Positions 1-13,906 are shown, counted from the stretch's first letter. The stretch is DNA of 64,000 bases from Octopus sinensis (GCF_006345805.1 NC_043003.1:26226001-26290000); one strand, 5' to 3'. Made by a program: numbers and translations. The notes: a model not told the origin generated them from the letters alone.

Positions 1-56
1 AAAAAACATTTTTTCCCTCTAAAAATACTGGACAAGGTTTTAATTTTGCATTGTAT

Positions 57-376
57 CTTTTACTTGTTTCAGTCATTAGGCTGTAACCATCCCAGGGCAC
101 CACCCTTGAAGAATTTTAGTCAAACAAATTGACACTCAGTACCTATTTTTTTTTTTTAATTTAAGTCTGGTACTTATTCTATCAGTCTATTTAGCCAAAC
201 TGCTAACTCATGGGGAAGTAAACACACCAACACCAGTATGCACACACATATGACAGGCTTCCTTCAGTTTCTGTCTACCAAATCATTTACAACCAGAAGT
301 GAGGTTATAGTAGAAGACACTTGTCCAAGGTGCCACACAGGAGGACTAAAGCCAGAACCATGTTCCTGGGAAGCAA
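57..376 (-). mobile_element. tRNA-derived SINE, family A (degenerate copy)
   Basis: Reverse complement of family A motifs: tacttgtttcagtcatt tail, gtacttattctatc, gaagacacttgtccaaggtgccac, gaaccatgt. Confidence 0.8.
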
Positions 377-1029
377 TGACCATTTCTAGAAATTCTGAGA
401 TTAATGGTAGGGATAAGGGGAGAAGAAAATACAACTAAAAGGTATACAGATGTACTCATATCAAATCAACTTCAGGCCTGGTGAAAATAGTTGCAATACA
501 GAGGACTCTGCTAAAGGGACCCAGAGGCCTGATGATGGTGCTAAATTAGGCAGCAGATTTAATTAAATCTACCAGCTGAGAACATCAAGAGGCCATCAGA
601 TGAACTTCCGAATAGTTTTGATCTTTAAAATTTCACTCGCAAGATTTAGGTCAATGTGAGGCTATGGAAGGAATATTTGTGGTAGTAAGTAGCATAAATT
701 TAAAAAAATAAAAAATATAGTATAATCCATAACTTTTATCCCAATCTGGTAGAGTGATTGCATAGTAAACTTTTAAACCATACAACTATACCTGATCATA
801 CTTGTGGGTATGTCTCTACATTCAGAGTTAGAATTCTGCTCAAGCTGACATTGACTTTGATCCCTCTGATAAAATAAGTATGAGACAAATAGTGAGGGTG
901 ATTGATACTGCCAAATCATTAAAAAAAAAAAAACTGACTGTGTCTAGAGAAAATGTTATCCAATTGTTGTGTTGGAGTTTGAACTCAGAACACTGAGAGC
1001 TGAAACTAAATAAATACTGCAAGACATGT

Positions 1030-1360
1030 ATTCTTTTATTCTTTTACTTGTTTCAGACACTTGACTGCGGCCATGCTGGAGCACCACCTTTAGTTGAACA
1101 AATCAACCCACAGACATTCTTTGCAAGCCTAGTACTTATTCTATCAGTCTCTTTTTCTGAACAGCTAAGTTACGGTGATGATGGGGGTACAAACACAAAC
1201 ATATGCGATGGGCTTCTTTTGCTTTCCATCTACCAAATCTACTCACAAGGCTTTGGTTGGCTCAAGGCTATAGTAGAAGACACTTGCCGAAGGTGCCATG
1301 CAGTGGGACTGAACCTGGAGCCATGTGGTTGGGAAGCAAGCTTCTTACCACACAGCCACT
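1030..1360 (-). mobile_element. tRNA-derived SINE, family A
   Basis: Collinear reverse match to the 2156-2537 copy, ending gggaagcaagcttcttaccacacagccac (head). Confidence 0.85.
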
Positions 1361-2155
1361 GATTCTGTGAACCCAGCAAGAAAATAATTACTTCAACTCA
1401 AAGTCAAAGTTTGAAGGGGCATACTCGCCACAGCTGAACTGACACTAGTTATTAGCCAGCCTTTATTTTACTAACTCTAGACAAAATGGGAAACTAAAGT
1501 AGGACTTTAGAACTAGATGGGACACAAACATTAGGTATTTTAGTCTATGAATCCATCATTTTTGTAAAAAAAGAAGAAAAAAAACAGAGATGTCTTCATG
1601 TGATTGCTTCACCAAACAACCACCACCTTAAATGAAGAGGAACATTTTAAATAATGTAACCTTAGATACTCCTAAAAAGATGGTGAGGTCATGGTTGGAC
1701 TGCTTTTTATCATGAGTGTGCTCAGGATGACCCAGGGTTAAACAACAAAAGTAATGGCTTCACATTTTGGTACAAAGCCAGCAGTTTCAGGTGGTCTGTA
1801 CATAAGTATCTCAATCATTGTATATCTGTGTTCAGCAAGAATTACAACTGCCTTCAAGCCTGATCTTTAGAGTAAGGGTTACAATCACAATAAACCTTCT
1901 GCTTCATAAGGAGCACAGCGATAGAGTGGGTCTCCAGCAGATCTAGCTATATGAAAGTTAAGTCATACTGGTGGTCATTATAAAACATCCAAGGTGTTAG
2001 AAAACAGCTCAAAGAGTTGATAATTGTCTCCACTACTTTCAAAATGATGGACATGGGAAGCGAGTGCAATAGAATGATAACTGGCAGAGCCAGAGGAGAA
2101 GCCCTTCTTGGGAATGGTACACACTGCAGCACATTATTTAAAAAAAAAAAAAAAT

Positions 2156-2537
2156 AGGTGTAGGAGAGGTTGTGTGGTAAGTAGCTTGCTTACAGTCCCA
2201 CTGCATGGTACCTTGGGCAAGTGTTTTCTACTATAGCCTCGGGCCGACCAAAGCCTTGTGAGCGGATTTGGTAGACGGGAACTGAAAGAATCCCGTTGTA
2301 TAAATGTGTATGTGCGTTTGTGTGTGTATGTTTGTGTGCCTGTGTTTGTCCCCCCAATATTCTTTGACAACCGATGGTGGTGTGTTTACGTCCCTGTAAC
2401 TTAGCGGTTCAGCAAAAGAGACCGTTAGAATAAGTACTAGGCTTATAAAGAATAAGTCCTGGAGTCGATTTGCTTGACTAAAGGCAGTGCTCCAGCATGG
2501 CCACAGTCAAATGACTGAAACAAGTAAAAGAGTAAAG
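2156..2537 (+). mobile_element. tRNA-derived SINE, family A (reference copy)
   Basis: Head tgtgtggtaag...agtcccactg (degenerate pol III boxes), CORE-like ccttgggcaagtgt, internal (TG)n, conserved ccctgtaacttagcggttcagcaaaagagacc block, tail actgaaacaagtaaaagagta. More than 20 related copies in the window. Confidence 0.9.
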
Positions 2538-4982
2538 AGAGATAGTGAGAGAGAGAGATAGTGAGAGAGAGAGAAAGAGAGAGAGAGAGCATTAAGTGAT
2601 GAACATAGAAGCTAACTCTGGCATACATCATTTGAAAGTACTGATCTCTTGACTGGTCTCATACCCTCAACATTCAAGCAACCTTGACTCATACTATTTC
2701 CCACCTCTCATCACTTTTGGTGCCTCCAACTGTCTTGGTCCCACACTAACCATTATGCCTAATCCTTTACCCCAGAACATTGATTCTTTGGAATCCTGTC
2801 TTCAGGTCATGAGTCTTCAGACTCAAAAAAGTTTTTTTTTTAATAGTTATAAAACCTCTTTTCATATTTACATTAATAATTCCATCATAAATTTTATGTC
2901 GAATTTTTCTAAAATTATGTTGCAACATTCAACTTCATAACACAAAAGCTACTTAGTAAATACCTCCAAATTCTTGATTATTTTCCAAATTAACTGAAGT
3001 ACACAGACAGTATTTCATTAGAAATATAATCATGAAAAGGTTAATGTAAGACATCTTTGGTCTCTTCTTTAATATTGGTTATATAATGGTGCTTCCTTAA
3101 TCTCTCAGTAAGGTCACAATGGAGATTTAAATTATAGTTCTGGACTCAAGCCAGGTACAATTCATGAACAATTACTATAGAATTTCTATTGACAAGGCAT
3201 CATCACATAACATATATAGCCAATGAAGGGGAAACTAAATCTGGTTAGTTTCACTTTCAAACACTCACCCACTCACACAGTTGTATCTATATGTCAAACT
3301 AACTGACACACATTCAAGCAAACAAATAAACTCTGGTATGGCTGTCTAATATGCTAGAAACAACAAATCTCTCTCAAATCCCACCCAATGACCTTGAAGT
3401 ATACATGGAATGAGGAGGTCCTCAATATATAAACAACAGTTGGTCATATCAGAAATGCATCTGAATCAGCACTAAGCAAGCAGAAATGCTTATCTGATCA
3501 ATGCTAACTTGGGCCTACATCAACAATTAACTGCACAAGCTTTACACTGCTGCATTTAAACTTCCAGTAAAGGAGAGTTAAAACTGCTGAAGAGTCACTG
3601 CTCCTCCTCTGTCGTCCCCCAGGTCAGCTGGATGTTTTTTTTATTTTTAAATTCATTATACAATAGTAGAAGCAAGATAGTACAGTACCCTATCTAACTG
3701 GCTAACTAACCATCATCCTTGGTTGTGAATCGAAATCCAGTGCATGCACACCGATGCTTCTGTGCAAAACAATACTTATTCTGCATTGCCTCAATCCACC
3801 TAGTTGTTGGAAATAAATGCCTACAACACATTAGCTAAACAACAACACAAGCATCATATCCAAGATATTGATCATACGTCCACATAAAACCACAAATCCA
3901 GAGCTATGTACACACATATCTGCTCTTTAACTTAATGTTTTTAAGTTGAGAAGATTTACATTTTGAGATTTATAAATATTAACAAACAACTCCTACTAAC
4001 CAATACATCAAAAGGGGAAGTCGTCACACTTGCCTGGAAACATAAAATAACCAGCATATTAGTCTGGCTTTAACTTAATAATTTATCAGAGATTCTAGTG
4101 AAAACCGACTTTATTATGGATGCAATTTTCTAACATTAATGACTGTACACAAACAGTGTCCATTCTAAAGACTGTGGTGATGATGAACTTCACAAACAGA
4201 GATTTAATTAAGACATTGGCAAGTTGAGCAACTACAGAGAAACTCCTTTATTACTTTGTGGTTTACTGGTGGCAAACCCTAAACTGAACAACCCTATTAC
4301 AAAAAGTGGCCCAACTATGATCCTTTCTTTATATTTTGTATCAGTATATCTAAGATTACATTAGTCTATGTATCTATGGAGTAAGGTGTTGCTGAAAGCA
4401 AATTGGCTGTTATAGGTGTACACATACAGTGACCATTCTAAAGATTCTAATGGTGGCGGAGGAAGTTCATTAACAGATTTAATTAATCTAATTGGCAGGT
4501 TGAGCAATTACACAGAAGTTCCTTTACTGCATTGTAGTTCAGTAGCGGCAAATGTTTAGCGAAAGTCAACCCTAAATCAAACAAAGCTAACACCTGAGGT
4601 TTCCAGGTGTGTCCCACACCCTTCACCCAATTCTTTTTTCAATGCATCTATGACTACATTGTTCAATATGTCTTTTTCTGAAAAAGACAAAAAGGTAAGG
4701 TATTGAGGGTGAATTGGCTGTGATTTGTAGTTAGTCAAATGATTGCATGCAAGGCCTTTCACTGATTCATAGTTCAGTAATAGATAAGTATTTGAAAGCT
4801 TAGTACAATGACATGCAACCTATTCTGTTAGAGTTCACAATATTTTTTTACATAATCCTCACCCAATGTCCACTGAGACCAAAATTCAACATTTAAATAT
4901 AAATTTCATTCAAACTATAATAAAAGAAAAACAAATATAAAAAAAGCACTAGTCACACCTGAAAAGTGGTGGGTGAGTTAAT

Positions 4983-5372
4983 AGGTGCAGACATGGCAGT
5001 GTGGTTAAGAAATCTGCTTCCCAACCAATGGTTTCAAGTTCAGTCCCACTATGTGACCCCTTGCTCAATTGTCCTCTACTATAGTCCTGGGTTGGCCAAC
5101 ATGTGAGTGGATTTTTGCTGATGGAAACTGAAAGAAGGCCATCACACACACATACAAATGTGTGTATGTGAGTGAGTGTGTGTGTGTGTCTGTGTATTTG
5201 TGTCTCCTTTTCTTGACATTACATAATAGTTGTAAATGTTTGTATGTCATACAAGCAGTATCATTCATTTCCTATATTTTGTGAAAAAATGTCTGGAGTG
5301 CAGTTGACAGGAAGGACATCAAGTCCAACTCATGCAAGGGGGGGGGGGAATGGACATTGAGAAGATGATGAT
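4983..5372 (+). mobile_element. SINE with family A head and alternative 3' half ending in (GAT)n
   Basis: A-type head and CORE-like region, then a different body ending tggacattgagaagatgatgatg; same layout at 49625-49990 (+) and 60385-60750 (-). Confidence 0.7.
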
Positions 5373-6118
5373 GGTTATCATCTTAATTGTTAAAACATCA
5401 ATATGTATACAACTTTCTCCTAAATATACGTATATTACTAAGAATTACCAACTAAAACGGGGCCTATGCTGGCCACTTTATGCCTCTGTGGGTTAGTGTA
5501 CAGCTGTGCCAGATGTGAATTGCAAATGATGCGACAAAAAAAAAAACAAAAAAAAGTTCATCAGGATAAGACACTACATATACACTGTACAGAGTAATGA
5601 TGATAGTTACGGTGACAAATGTTGTTGGCGGAGATAGTCATATTAAACTGATAAACATTGAGATCTAAACAAAGCTAATAAATGCAGTAACACTTGTATG
5701 TACAATGTGTATGTGTGAGCGCACAAGTATGTGTGCGTATGTATGTATATATGTACACACACAGTACAGAATCAGAGTTTAGCTTTCTTAATCCTGTCCT
5801 AAAGAGTATTAAGAGGTAGGCAGATAAATACCTACCCATCCATTCACCATTTCACTCTTATTGTTATTATTATTATTAGTAGTAGTAGTGCTGCAGCTAG
5901 ACACAGATTAAATTATAATTGTCTAACATCTACATGTCTATGTATTATGAATTAGGTCATTAATAATAACAACAACAACATGGAGAGAACAAAAAAAAAA
6001 TCTTAAATTTCCATAATTTTTTCCACCCCACCACCTTCACAGGAAATGCAAAGCTCATTATTTTTTTTCACACTAAGTAGAATGTGATGATAATGATGAT
6101 GATGATATCGTCATCAAA

Positions 6119-7200
6119 TGAAGTGAACTGACAGAATTATTAAAATGTCAGGAACAAAAAAAAAAAATAAGGTTTGTGATATCTGTTCTGGTTTTTATGT
6201 TCAGAGTTCAATCCCTACTGGGATGAACTTTATTTTATGGATCCTGGAGGGATGAAAAACAAAGTACCAGTTGAGAGTATACAGGGGTTGATGTCATCAG
6301 CGAATCCTCTTCCCCTAAAATTTCGGGCCTTGTACCTATAGTAGAAAGGGTTATTATTATTTCTTCCAGCTCTGTACATGCTAAGATCAAATCCTGCCAA
6401 GGTCAACTGTATCTGTCATAAATAAATAAATACTAGTCAAGTTCTGAGATCAATTTAACCAACTACCTCCCTCCCACGAAATTTCAGGCCTTGTGCCTCT
6501 AGTAGAAAGAATTATTATAATTAAGGTAGCATGTTGGCTGAATCATTAGAGCATCAGACAAAATGCTTAGCAGCATTTTCTCTGGCTCTTTACGTTTTGT
6601 GTTCAGATTCTGCTGGAGTCAACTTTACATTTCATCCTTTCATCATCATTTAACATCTGCTTTCCATGCTGGCATGAGTTGGAGAGTTTGACAGGAGCTG
6701 GCCAGGCAGAAGACTGCACCATACTTCTGTGTCTATTTTGGCACAGTATCTACAGCTGGATGCCTTTCCTAACCCAGCAGAGTGGACTGAGTGCTTTTTA
6801 CATGGCACTAGCACAGGTGAGGTCAATTTTGGCATGGTTTCTACAGCTGGATGCCCTTCCAAATGCTAACCACTTTACAGTGTGGATTAATAAACTAAAG
6901 TACCAGTTGAATATTGAGGATCGATGTAATGAACTTAATGCACACCTAAAATTAGTATTATCATCATCCTCACTGTTATTGTTAAGGCAGCAAGCTGGCA
7001 GAATCCTTAGCACGACAGATTAAGTGCTTAGTAGTATTTCTCTTGTCTTCATGTTCTGAGTTCAAATTCTGCCAAGGTCAGTTGTACCTTTCAGCCTTTC
7101 GGGGTTGATAAAATAAGTACCAGTTGTGTACTGGGGTCGATATAATCGACTATCCACTCCCCAAAATTTCAGACCTTGAGCTTATAGCAGAAAGGATGAT
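6119..7200 (+). mobile_element. Head-to-tail array of family B SINEs with a family C insert (6640-6880, -)
   Basis: Repeated gttctgagttcaaattctgcc...tttcatcctttcggggttgataaaataagtaccagtt...aaaatttcgggccttgtgcct modules. Confidence 0.8.
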
Positions 7201-7454
7201 TATTATTATTATTGTTTCAACTTGACTCTTGACATGTTGTGTTCAAATCATACTGGTGTGTGGGGGGGGGGGAGGGGGTCAATATTTCCATCATCCTTCT
7301 AGGGGTTAAAAAGAAAACATGTACCAGTTACGTAATGAAGTCAATTAACTGACTAACCTGCCCCTCAAATTGCTAGCCTCATGTCCGAACTAGAAATTAT
7401 TTTAAAACGTGGGCTGTAGACTGGTACAAATATCAGAGAATCAGAAAAAAATTT

Positions 7455-7850
7455 ATTTTTTATCTTCTGTCTCACTTGGTTCAGTCATTATATTGCAGCT
7501 ATGCTAGGGCACTGACTTGAGGGGTTAGTCAAACAGGTCAATCCCAAAACTTATGTTTTTTTTTTGTTTTTTTAAAGTCTGGTAACTATTCTATCAAACT
7601 CTTTTTGCTGAACTACTAAGTAATGGGGATGTAAATAAACCAACACCGATAGGGGTGGGGAGGAACACAATGACACACACACATGCATACATGTACAATG
7701 GACTTCTTTCAGTTTCCATCTACCAGATCCACTCAAGGCTTTAGTTGACCCAAGACTATAGAAGAAGGTACTTCCCCAAGGTGCCATGCAGTGGGACTGA
7801 AACTAGAACCTTGTGGTTGGGAAGCAAACTTCTTACCACACAGCTATGCA
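7455..7850 (-). mobile_element. SINE family A
   Basis: Collinear reverse match to family A head, CORE-like region and tail. Confidence 0.8.
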
Positions 7851-8117
7851 TGCATCTTTGCAGTATTTAGTTACAACACTTAATATTCTAAGTTTGAATC
7901 CTGCCAAAATCAATCTTTCTTTCATCCCTCTGGGATCAATAAATAAAGTACCTGTCAAGTATTAGAATCAGTTCAATTGACTATACCTCCTCCTCTCCAA
8001 ATCTGTGGCCTTGTGCTTACATTATAAAATCCTTATATTTTCCATTACATTCCAAGTTCAAATGTCACTAAAGTTGATTTAGCTTTTCCTTGTCTTAGGC
8101 AGAATGAAACAAATACC

Positions 8118-8350
8118 TATTTCTTTACTACCCACAAGGGGCTAAACACAGAGGGGACAAACAAGGACAGACAAATGGATTAAGTCGATTACATCAACCC
8201 CAGTGCGTAACTGGTACTCAATTTATCGACCCTGAAAGGATGAAAGGCAAAGTCGACCATGGCGGAATTTGAACTCAGAACGTAACGGCAGACGAAATAC
8301 GGCTATGCATTTCGCCCGGCATGCTAACGTTTCTGCCAGCTCACTGCTTT
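8118..8350 (-). mobile_element. Young family B SINE with 15-bp target-site duplication
   Basis: aatgaaacaaatacc at 8103-8117 and 8351-8365; B box gagttcaaattcc; central domain gcctttcatcctttcagggtcgataaattgagtaccag resembles the Nin/Deu-type SINE domain (from memory). Confidence 0.9.
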
Positions 8351-8417
8351 AATGAAACAAATACCAGTCAAGTACTAAGGACTGATTTGATTGACTGTGC
8401 TTCTCCCTCACAAAACG

Positions 8418-8789
8418 TTATAACCTCCACCTTAGCAAAGGTGGAGGTATTGTTTTCAGTCGTGTTTGACTGTTTGTCTGTGGACAAGATATCTCAAGAA
8501 CCACCAGATAGATTCAGATGAAATTTTCAGGGATGTTTTGGCCTCGTGACTGTCATGAACTGATTAGATTTTAGGATCGATCTGGTACTGGACAAGGATT
8601 CTGGATTATTTTTCCTGTTTCTTTTTCCTTAAGTTTTGAGAGCGGTCGGGTTCATTTTTAGTATTCTCATTTGTGAGAGCAGTTGAGTTTATTTCAGATA
8701 CTCTCATTTTAAAAATCATCTCCGGCTAATCATTGGAAGGACGTTGGTGTTGCCTTGGCAGAGGTTTACACTCTCTGAGTGCTCTTGTT
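8418..8789 (+). mobile_element. Non-autonomous Helentron (HINE/DINE-1-like)
   Basis: TT flanks; 5' palindrome acctccacctt-agca-aaggtggaggt; GTCY-like tract; 3' subterminal inverted repeat ccttggcagaggt; terminal stem-loop cactc-tct-gagtg. Confidence 0.75.
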
Positions 8790-9012
8790 ATCATTAAGAT
8801 AGCATCGTTAATACAGAAGTTGTGGGGGGATAACTAGATCAGATTCCTGACTCAATGTTTTGAATTCAAATTTTGCAGTAGTTCAATTACCCTTTCACAC
8901 AGCCAACATAAAATGTGGGTCAGTTGATCAAATAAACACCATCAGCAATACACTTGCCCATTACTAAACTGACAGTGCCTACTTAAAACACTACCATCTA
9001 TCATTGTTATTG

Positions 9013-9380
9013 AGTGGTGAGTTGGCAGACTCGTTAAAACGCCAAGCCAAATGCTTAGTGGCATTTTATTTTGTCTAAATTCTGCTGAGATCAAACTTTG
9101 TTTTCATCTCTTTGGGGTTGACAAAATAAGTACCAGTTGAGCATTGGGGTTGATGCAATTGACATACCCCTCCTTCGAACTTGCTGGCCTTGTGCCAAAA
9201 TTTGAAACCATTATTATCATTATTATTAGGGTGGTGATTGGGGCAGGCTCATTAGCACATTGGACAAAATGCTTTGTAGCATTTCTTCTGGCTCCATATG
9301 TTCTGAGTTAAAACTCTATTAAGGTGGACTTGCTTTTCATTTTTTTTTTTTGGAGGGTCGATAAAATAAGTACTTCAGAG
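9013..9380 (+). mobile_element. Two tandem family B SINEs
   Basis: Two ggtggtgagttggcag-type heads, each followed by aaaataagtac. Confidence 0.75.
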
Positions 9381-9484
9381 TTTGATACCAATTAGATACG
9401 ATGGAGTGGCCATAACTGACCAGGTTTTGACATCTTCAAAAAACAAAATAAATAAATAAAAACAATGATATTAAGAAATTTTAT

Positions 9485-9877
9485 AGGTGCAGACGTAGCA
9501 GTGTGGTTAAGAAGCTTGCTTCCCAACCATGCAATCTTGGGTTTAGTCCCACTGTGCAGCACTTCGGGCAAGTGCCATCTGCTCTAGTATTGGGCCAACC
9601 AAAGCCTTCTGAGTAGGTTTGGTAAATGAAAATCGAAAGAAGCCTGTCGTATGTGTGTGCATGTGTATAACAACACTGTATGTGTGTGTTTACCATCACC
9701 ACCACAACTACTGGAGAACTTGTGTTTGGTTTAATTACATACCTGTAATCTAGTGATTTGGCAAAATAGAATGATAGAATAAGTACTGTGGCTGATTTAT
9801 TTGACTAAAACTCTTTGAGGTGGTGCCCCAGCATGGCCACAGTCCGATAACTGAAACAAGAAAATAACAGAAGATAT
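9485..9877 (+). mobile_element. SINE family A
   Basis: Full head-to-tail match to the reference copy. Confidence 0.85.
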
Positions 9878-10252
9878 TTGTGACAAGAAGATCTAATTCT
9901 AGGTCTGTCTGATCAAGGCCGATTTAGGGCTAATCCAATAACAAAATTACGAGTTAAAGAGAGAATCTGAATCCATATATAGTTCTTTGACCTGCTAAGT
10001 GTAACAATCAAACTTCTCTTCCTTTAAATCACGTTACCATTTAGAAAAGTCAGGCATACGTGAAATACCTTCAGATATAGGTCTGCTCAATCAAGGTTGA
10101 ACTGGTAACAATGGGAACCAACGAAGAAGCGTCTTCGAAGTTGCTTGACCTGCTAGAAATAGCAACCAAGTCTCCTGCAAAAGACAGGCCTATTACCGTC
10201 TTTCTGTTTTTTTCTTTTTTTTACTAAATACACACCCAATCTCCAGAGCGTG

Positions 10253-10410
10253 TGCGTGTGTGGTTTTGTGGCACGGAGCAAAGCAGGCCATGCCGTCCAC
10301 TCAAGAAAACACGTAGTAAATAATCCACACGCACTCGAGCAAACTGAGTCCTCAATTTGTTCCGTTTGCCAAATGATTTGCAAGGCCTCAAGAGACACAG
10401 GCATGTCCAT
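10253..10410 (+). mobile_element. Degenerate LINE-type C-terminal C2H2 zinc-finger fragment
   Basis: CVCGFVARSKAGHAVHSRKH (C-x-C-x12-H-x3-H), then CSVCQMICK and a frameshifted GLKRHRHVH; resembles RTE-clade ORF2 C-terminal fingers. Confidence 0.55.
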
Positions 10411-12074
10411 TAAACATGATTACCGTTTTATTTTACTGAATTCTCATTTATCTTTCACAAGAGAATCCCTGACACACACATATGTAGTATGTATGTGTGT
10501 GTGTATGTGTCCCCACCACTGCTTGGCAACCAGTATCGGTGTGTTTACGTCCTTGTAACTTAACGGTTCGGCAAAAAAAACCTATAAAATTAGTACACGG
10601 CTTAAAAAGAAAAAAACAGAGTAGTGGAGTCGATTCATTCGGCTAAAAATTTCAAAGATGGTGCCCCAGCCTGGCCGCAGTCTGATGACTGAAACAAATA
10701 AAAGAATTTCAAAAAATACTGTCTACAGACCGTAATTCTACATTATGAGGGTGGAATACCCGCCCACTCGAGGCCGTCTCTGAGTCTGACACAAATATAC
10801 CACTTTAAAGTTATCTAAATTGAAACTGTCAAAATTTTATACGAGTTTAAATTCTAAATACCCGCTTAATAAGGACAAAGTTATTTTACTAAATTCTTCA
10901 ATACTCTAAAAATAAATTAAAACAATGGTAGTGTATTTCAACAGAAATATTTTAACAAAAACGAGCAAAGTGAATGCAATTCTTAAGTGGAATAGCGATG
11001 CCAAATCGCTTTTTGTCAAAAATGTTGCTCGGGGAAAAACGGAAGGAAAAAAAAAGCCTCGAAAATAGTTTATCATCGAAATGATGGTGATGCTGGTGGT
11101 TGGTGAGTGAAAAGGGGTCAGCAGGAGTGGTTTGCGACAACGGAACATTATATGAAGAAGAGGAAATTCGGGGAGTGGAAGAAACAATAATATGCCACCA
11201 GATGGGACGACCATAATAAGGAAGTAGAACGAGGGATGCGGAGTCAAAGAGACTTAATACGTTCTATGAAATTTCCTGAGTAAAATAGGACATCGCTCTC
11301 TCTCTCTCTGTATTTCTCGATGTATTTGTGAATGAACAGTTTGGCACTGGTTGTTGTGTTTTATATATGTGCGGGACGAGGCACAACAGAGAGAGAGAGA
11401 GTGGGTGGAACTAAAGCGAGAAAGAAAGAGATGGAGGGAGAGAGATTATAAAGAAAATGAAAATGACGGATAGATAAAAAGCATGAGAAAAGAAGGATTA
11501 TAAGAAGGTGCAAGGTCAAGTCTGTTCGTTTTATAAGTGTAACGAAACTGAGTGTATTCAAGAAGTGACAGCAGTAGTGGACAGTACATTAGTATTTTTA
11601 TAGGCTGCGTGTTTTAAATGTGTGCGCGCGTTGTTTATGTATGGCACACACACACACACACTCTCTCTCACATATATATATATATATATATATAGACACA
11701 GATACACACGCGCGCACACACACACACACATATATATAAACATACATATATACACACATATACATGCACGTGTTTATTTTTATATCTACGCATCCATGTA
11801 TATTTCTATGAGTTTTGGGTGCATTGCTATACATGGTAGTGAATGAGGGAGGTTACGCTTGTGTTTATATTTGATCGAATGCCATCCATCCATGTATGTA
11901 TGGCATTGGATTCGATCCCGCTTTCTGCCAGATAGAAATCACAATTCAATCATGCATTAAGACTCAAAAACTTTCAGTACATAAATTGTTTAAACAGTGC
12001 CCTAAAATTTAATAACACTCCTCATGACAACATTCAACAATACGTATATGTATATATACAACACAAGATCGACC

Positions 12075-12390
12075 TCTTCCAACCACATGGTTCCGGGTTC
12101 AGTCCCACTGCGTGGCACCTTGGGCAAGTGTCTACTATAGTCTTGGGTCGAACAAAATCTTGTGAGTGGAATTTGGTAGAAACTGAAAGAAGCCCGTCGA
12201 ACGTACGCATGTCAGGTCCTTCATCACCGCGTAACAACCGGTGTTGGTGTGTTTACGTCCCCGTAACTTAGCCGTTCGACAAAAAAGACTTCTAGAATAA
12301 GTACCAGGCTTAAATAATAGAAAAAAAACAAAACAATTAGACTGAAAAACTCTTCAAGCCAGTGCCTCCAGCAAGAGATGAAAACAAGAT
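12075..12390 (+). mobile_element. SINE family A (CpGs preserved)
   Basis: ccaaccacatggttccgggttcagtcccactgcgtggcaccttgggcaagtgt...ccccgtaacttagc. Confidence 0.85.
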
Positions 12391-13906
12391 GTAACAGTAG
12401 AGAGAATGATAACAAAAGGCCGTAAGTGCTGGGACACAAACGTATAAACTTGCAGATCGCTTCAACACCTAAAAGCTACTGTATTCAATAAAGTTCCCTA
12501 AAAATCTATGAAGGCTGCACTTCGCTTCTATCTCCACAAACAATAGTATCATTACTGCTGCTACTACTCCTCATAATAATAACGATACGGTTCCTTAAAT
12601 AGACACAAGACGGACAACTTTCAGGGGCCTAGATAAGTCTATCGAATCGTCCCGAGTACGCGGCTGGTTCTCTCTCTGCATGTGTGTTTTTATTTTCATT
12701 AACCACAGAAGGACAAACGGAAAAGTTGACCACGGTGGGATTTGAACTCATAGCGTAAAGAACCGGATCAAATACTGCAAGGCGTTTTTTTGTTCGACAA
12801 CCAATTGTTTTAAAGAGAAGATAACCATTAAACACACCATATCATTACACACAATATATATATACATACATACATACACACACACATGTATGTGAGTGAG
12901 TGAGTGTGTGTAGAACGGTGTTTTATGTAAGGCAATATCTATTTCCAGAAAGGGAGCGACGCTTGATACATAAAAATCATTAACACACACACACAAACCT
13001 TTACTCACACAGCATATAATATGCTGAGTAAGAGAGCTTGAGGGTTGGGGCGCAAACAGATTTAAGTATCCGGTACAATGTCAATAATATTAAGTGGGTT
13101 ATGATTCGTGTAGCGTGTAGAAGAGAGAGAGAGAGAATGAAAGAAATATGTGTACGAATATATATACACACACACACAAGCACACACTCGCCCAAGCACG
13201 AAAACAGACTAACCACTCGATAAACAATCGAGAGAAAAAAAAACTAATCAATCATCGTTACTATCATATTATTATCGTTAATATTGCTATTATGATGATT
13301 ATCATATTTAATACTACTTTTGATCTTAGCACCTCACCAAAATAATATATCACCGGTGCGTGTATTATTGTGTGTGTACGTGTGTGTGTGAGTGAGAGCA
13401 AACCCATAAGGTTGTATGTAAGTTTCAAAAAATGTATTTACGGCAAGATAACGTGTGTGTGTGTTTGAGAGAGAGAGAGAAATTAAGTTTGTTTCGATAC
13501 AATTGTTTTTAACCAGAAGCTTCGATTTAAACTAGACTACTGACATACGCTCATCTCGTTATAACAAAACAGAAACTATATCATATATATATTATATATA
13601 TATATAAATACACACGCACACACACAATATTCTACTAAATCCCTTCTTGTAATTGTATCTACAACCAAATTGTTCTTTTGACAGGACAACGAAAATATAG
13701 AGACCACAATCTACGCTTCACATTCGTTGTTTTGGTAACGTAGGTTTGTAAATGATGGGGGAAACTACACACACGTGTGTGTATGTATGTATACATGACT
13801 ATATCAGCCCGTTCATGTATGTGTATACGTACATATATATATATATAGAGAGAGATATATATCGGAAAGTGGGGTACTCTCATAGTTTGACCCCACAAAG
13901 ACTTAC

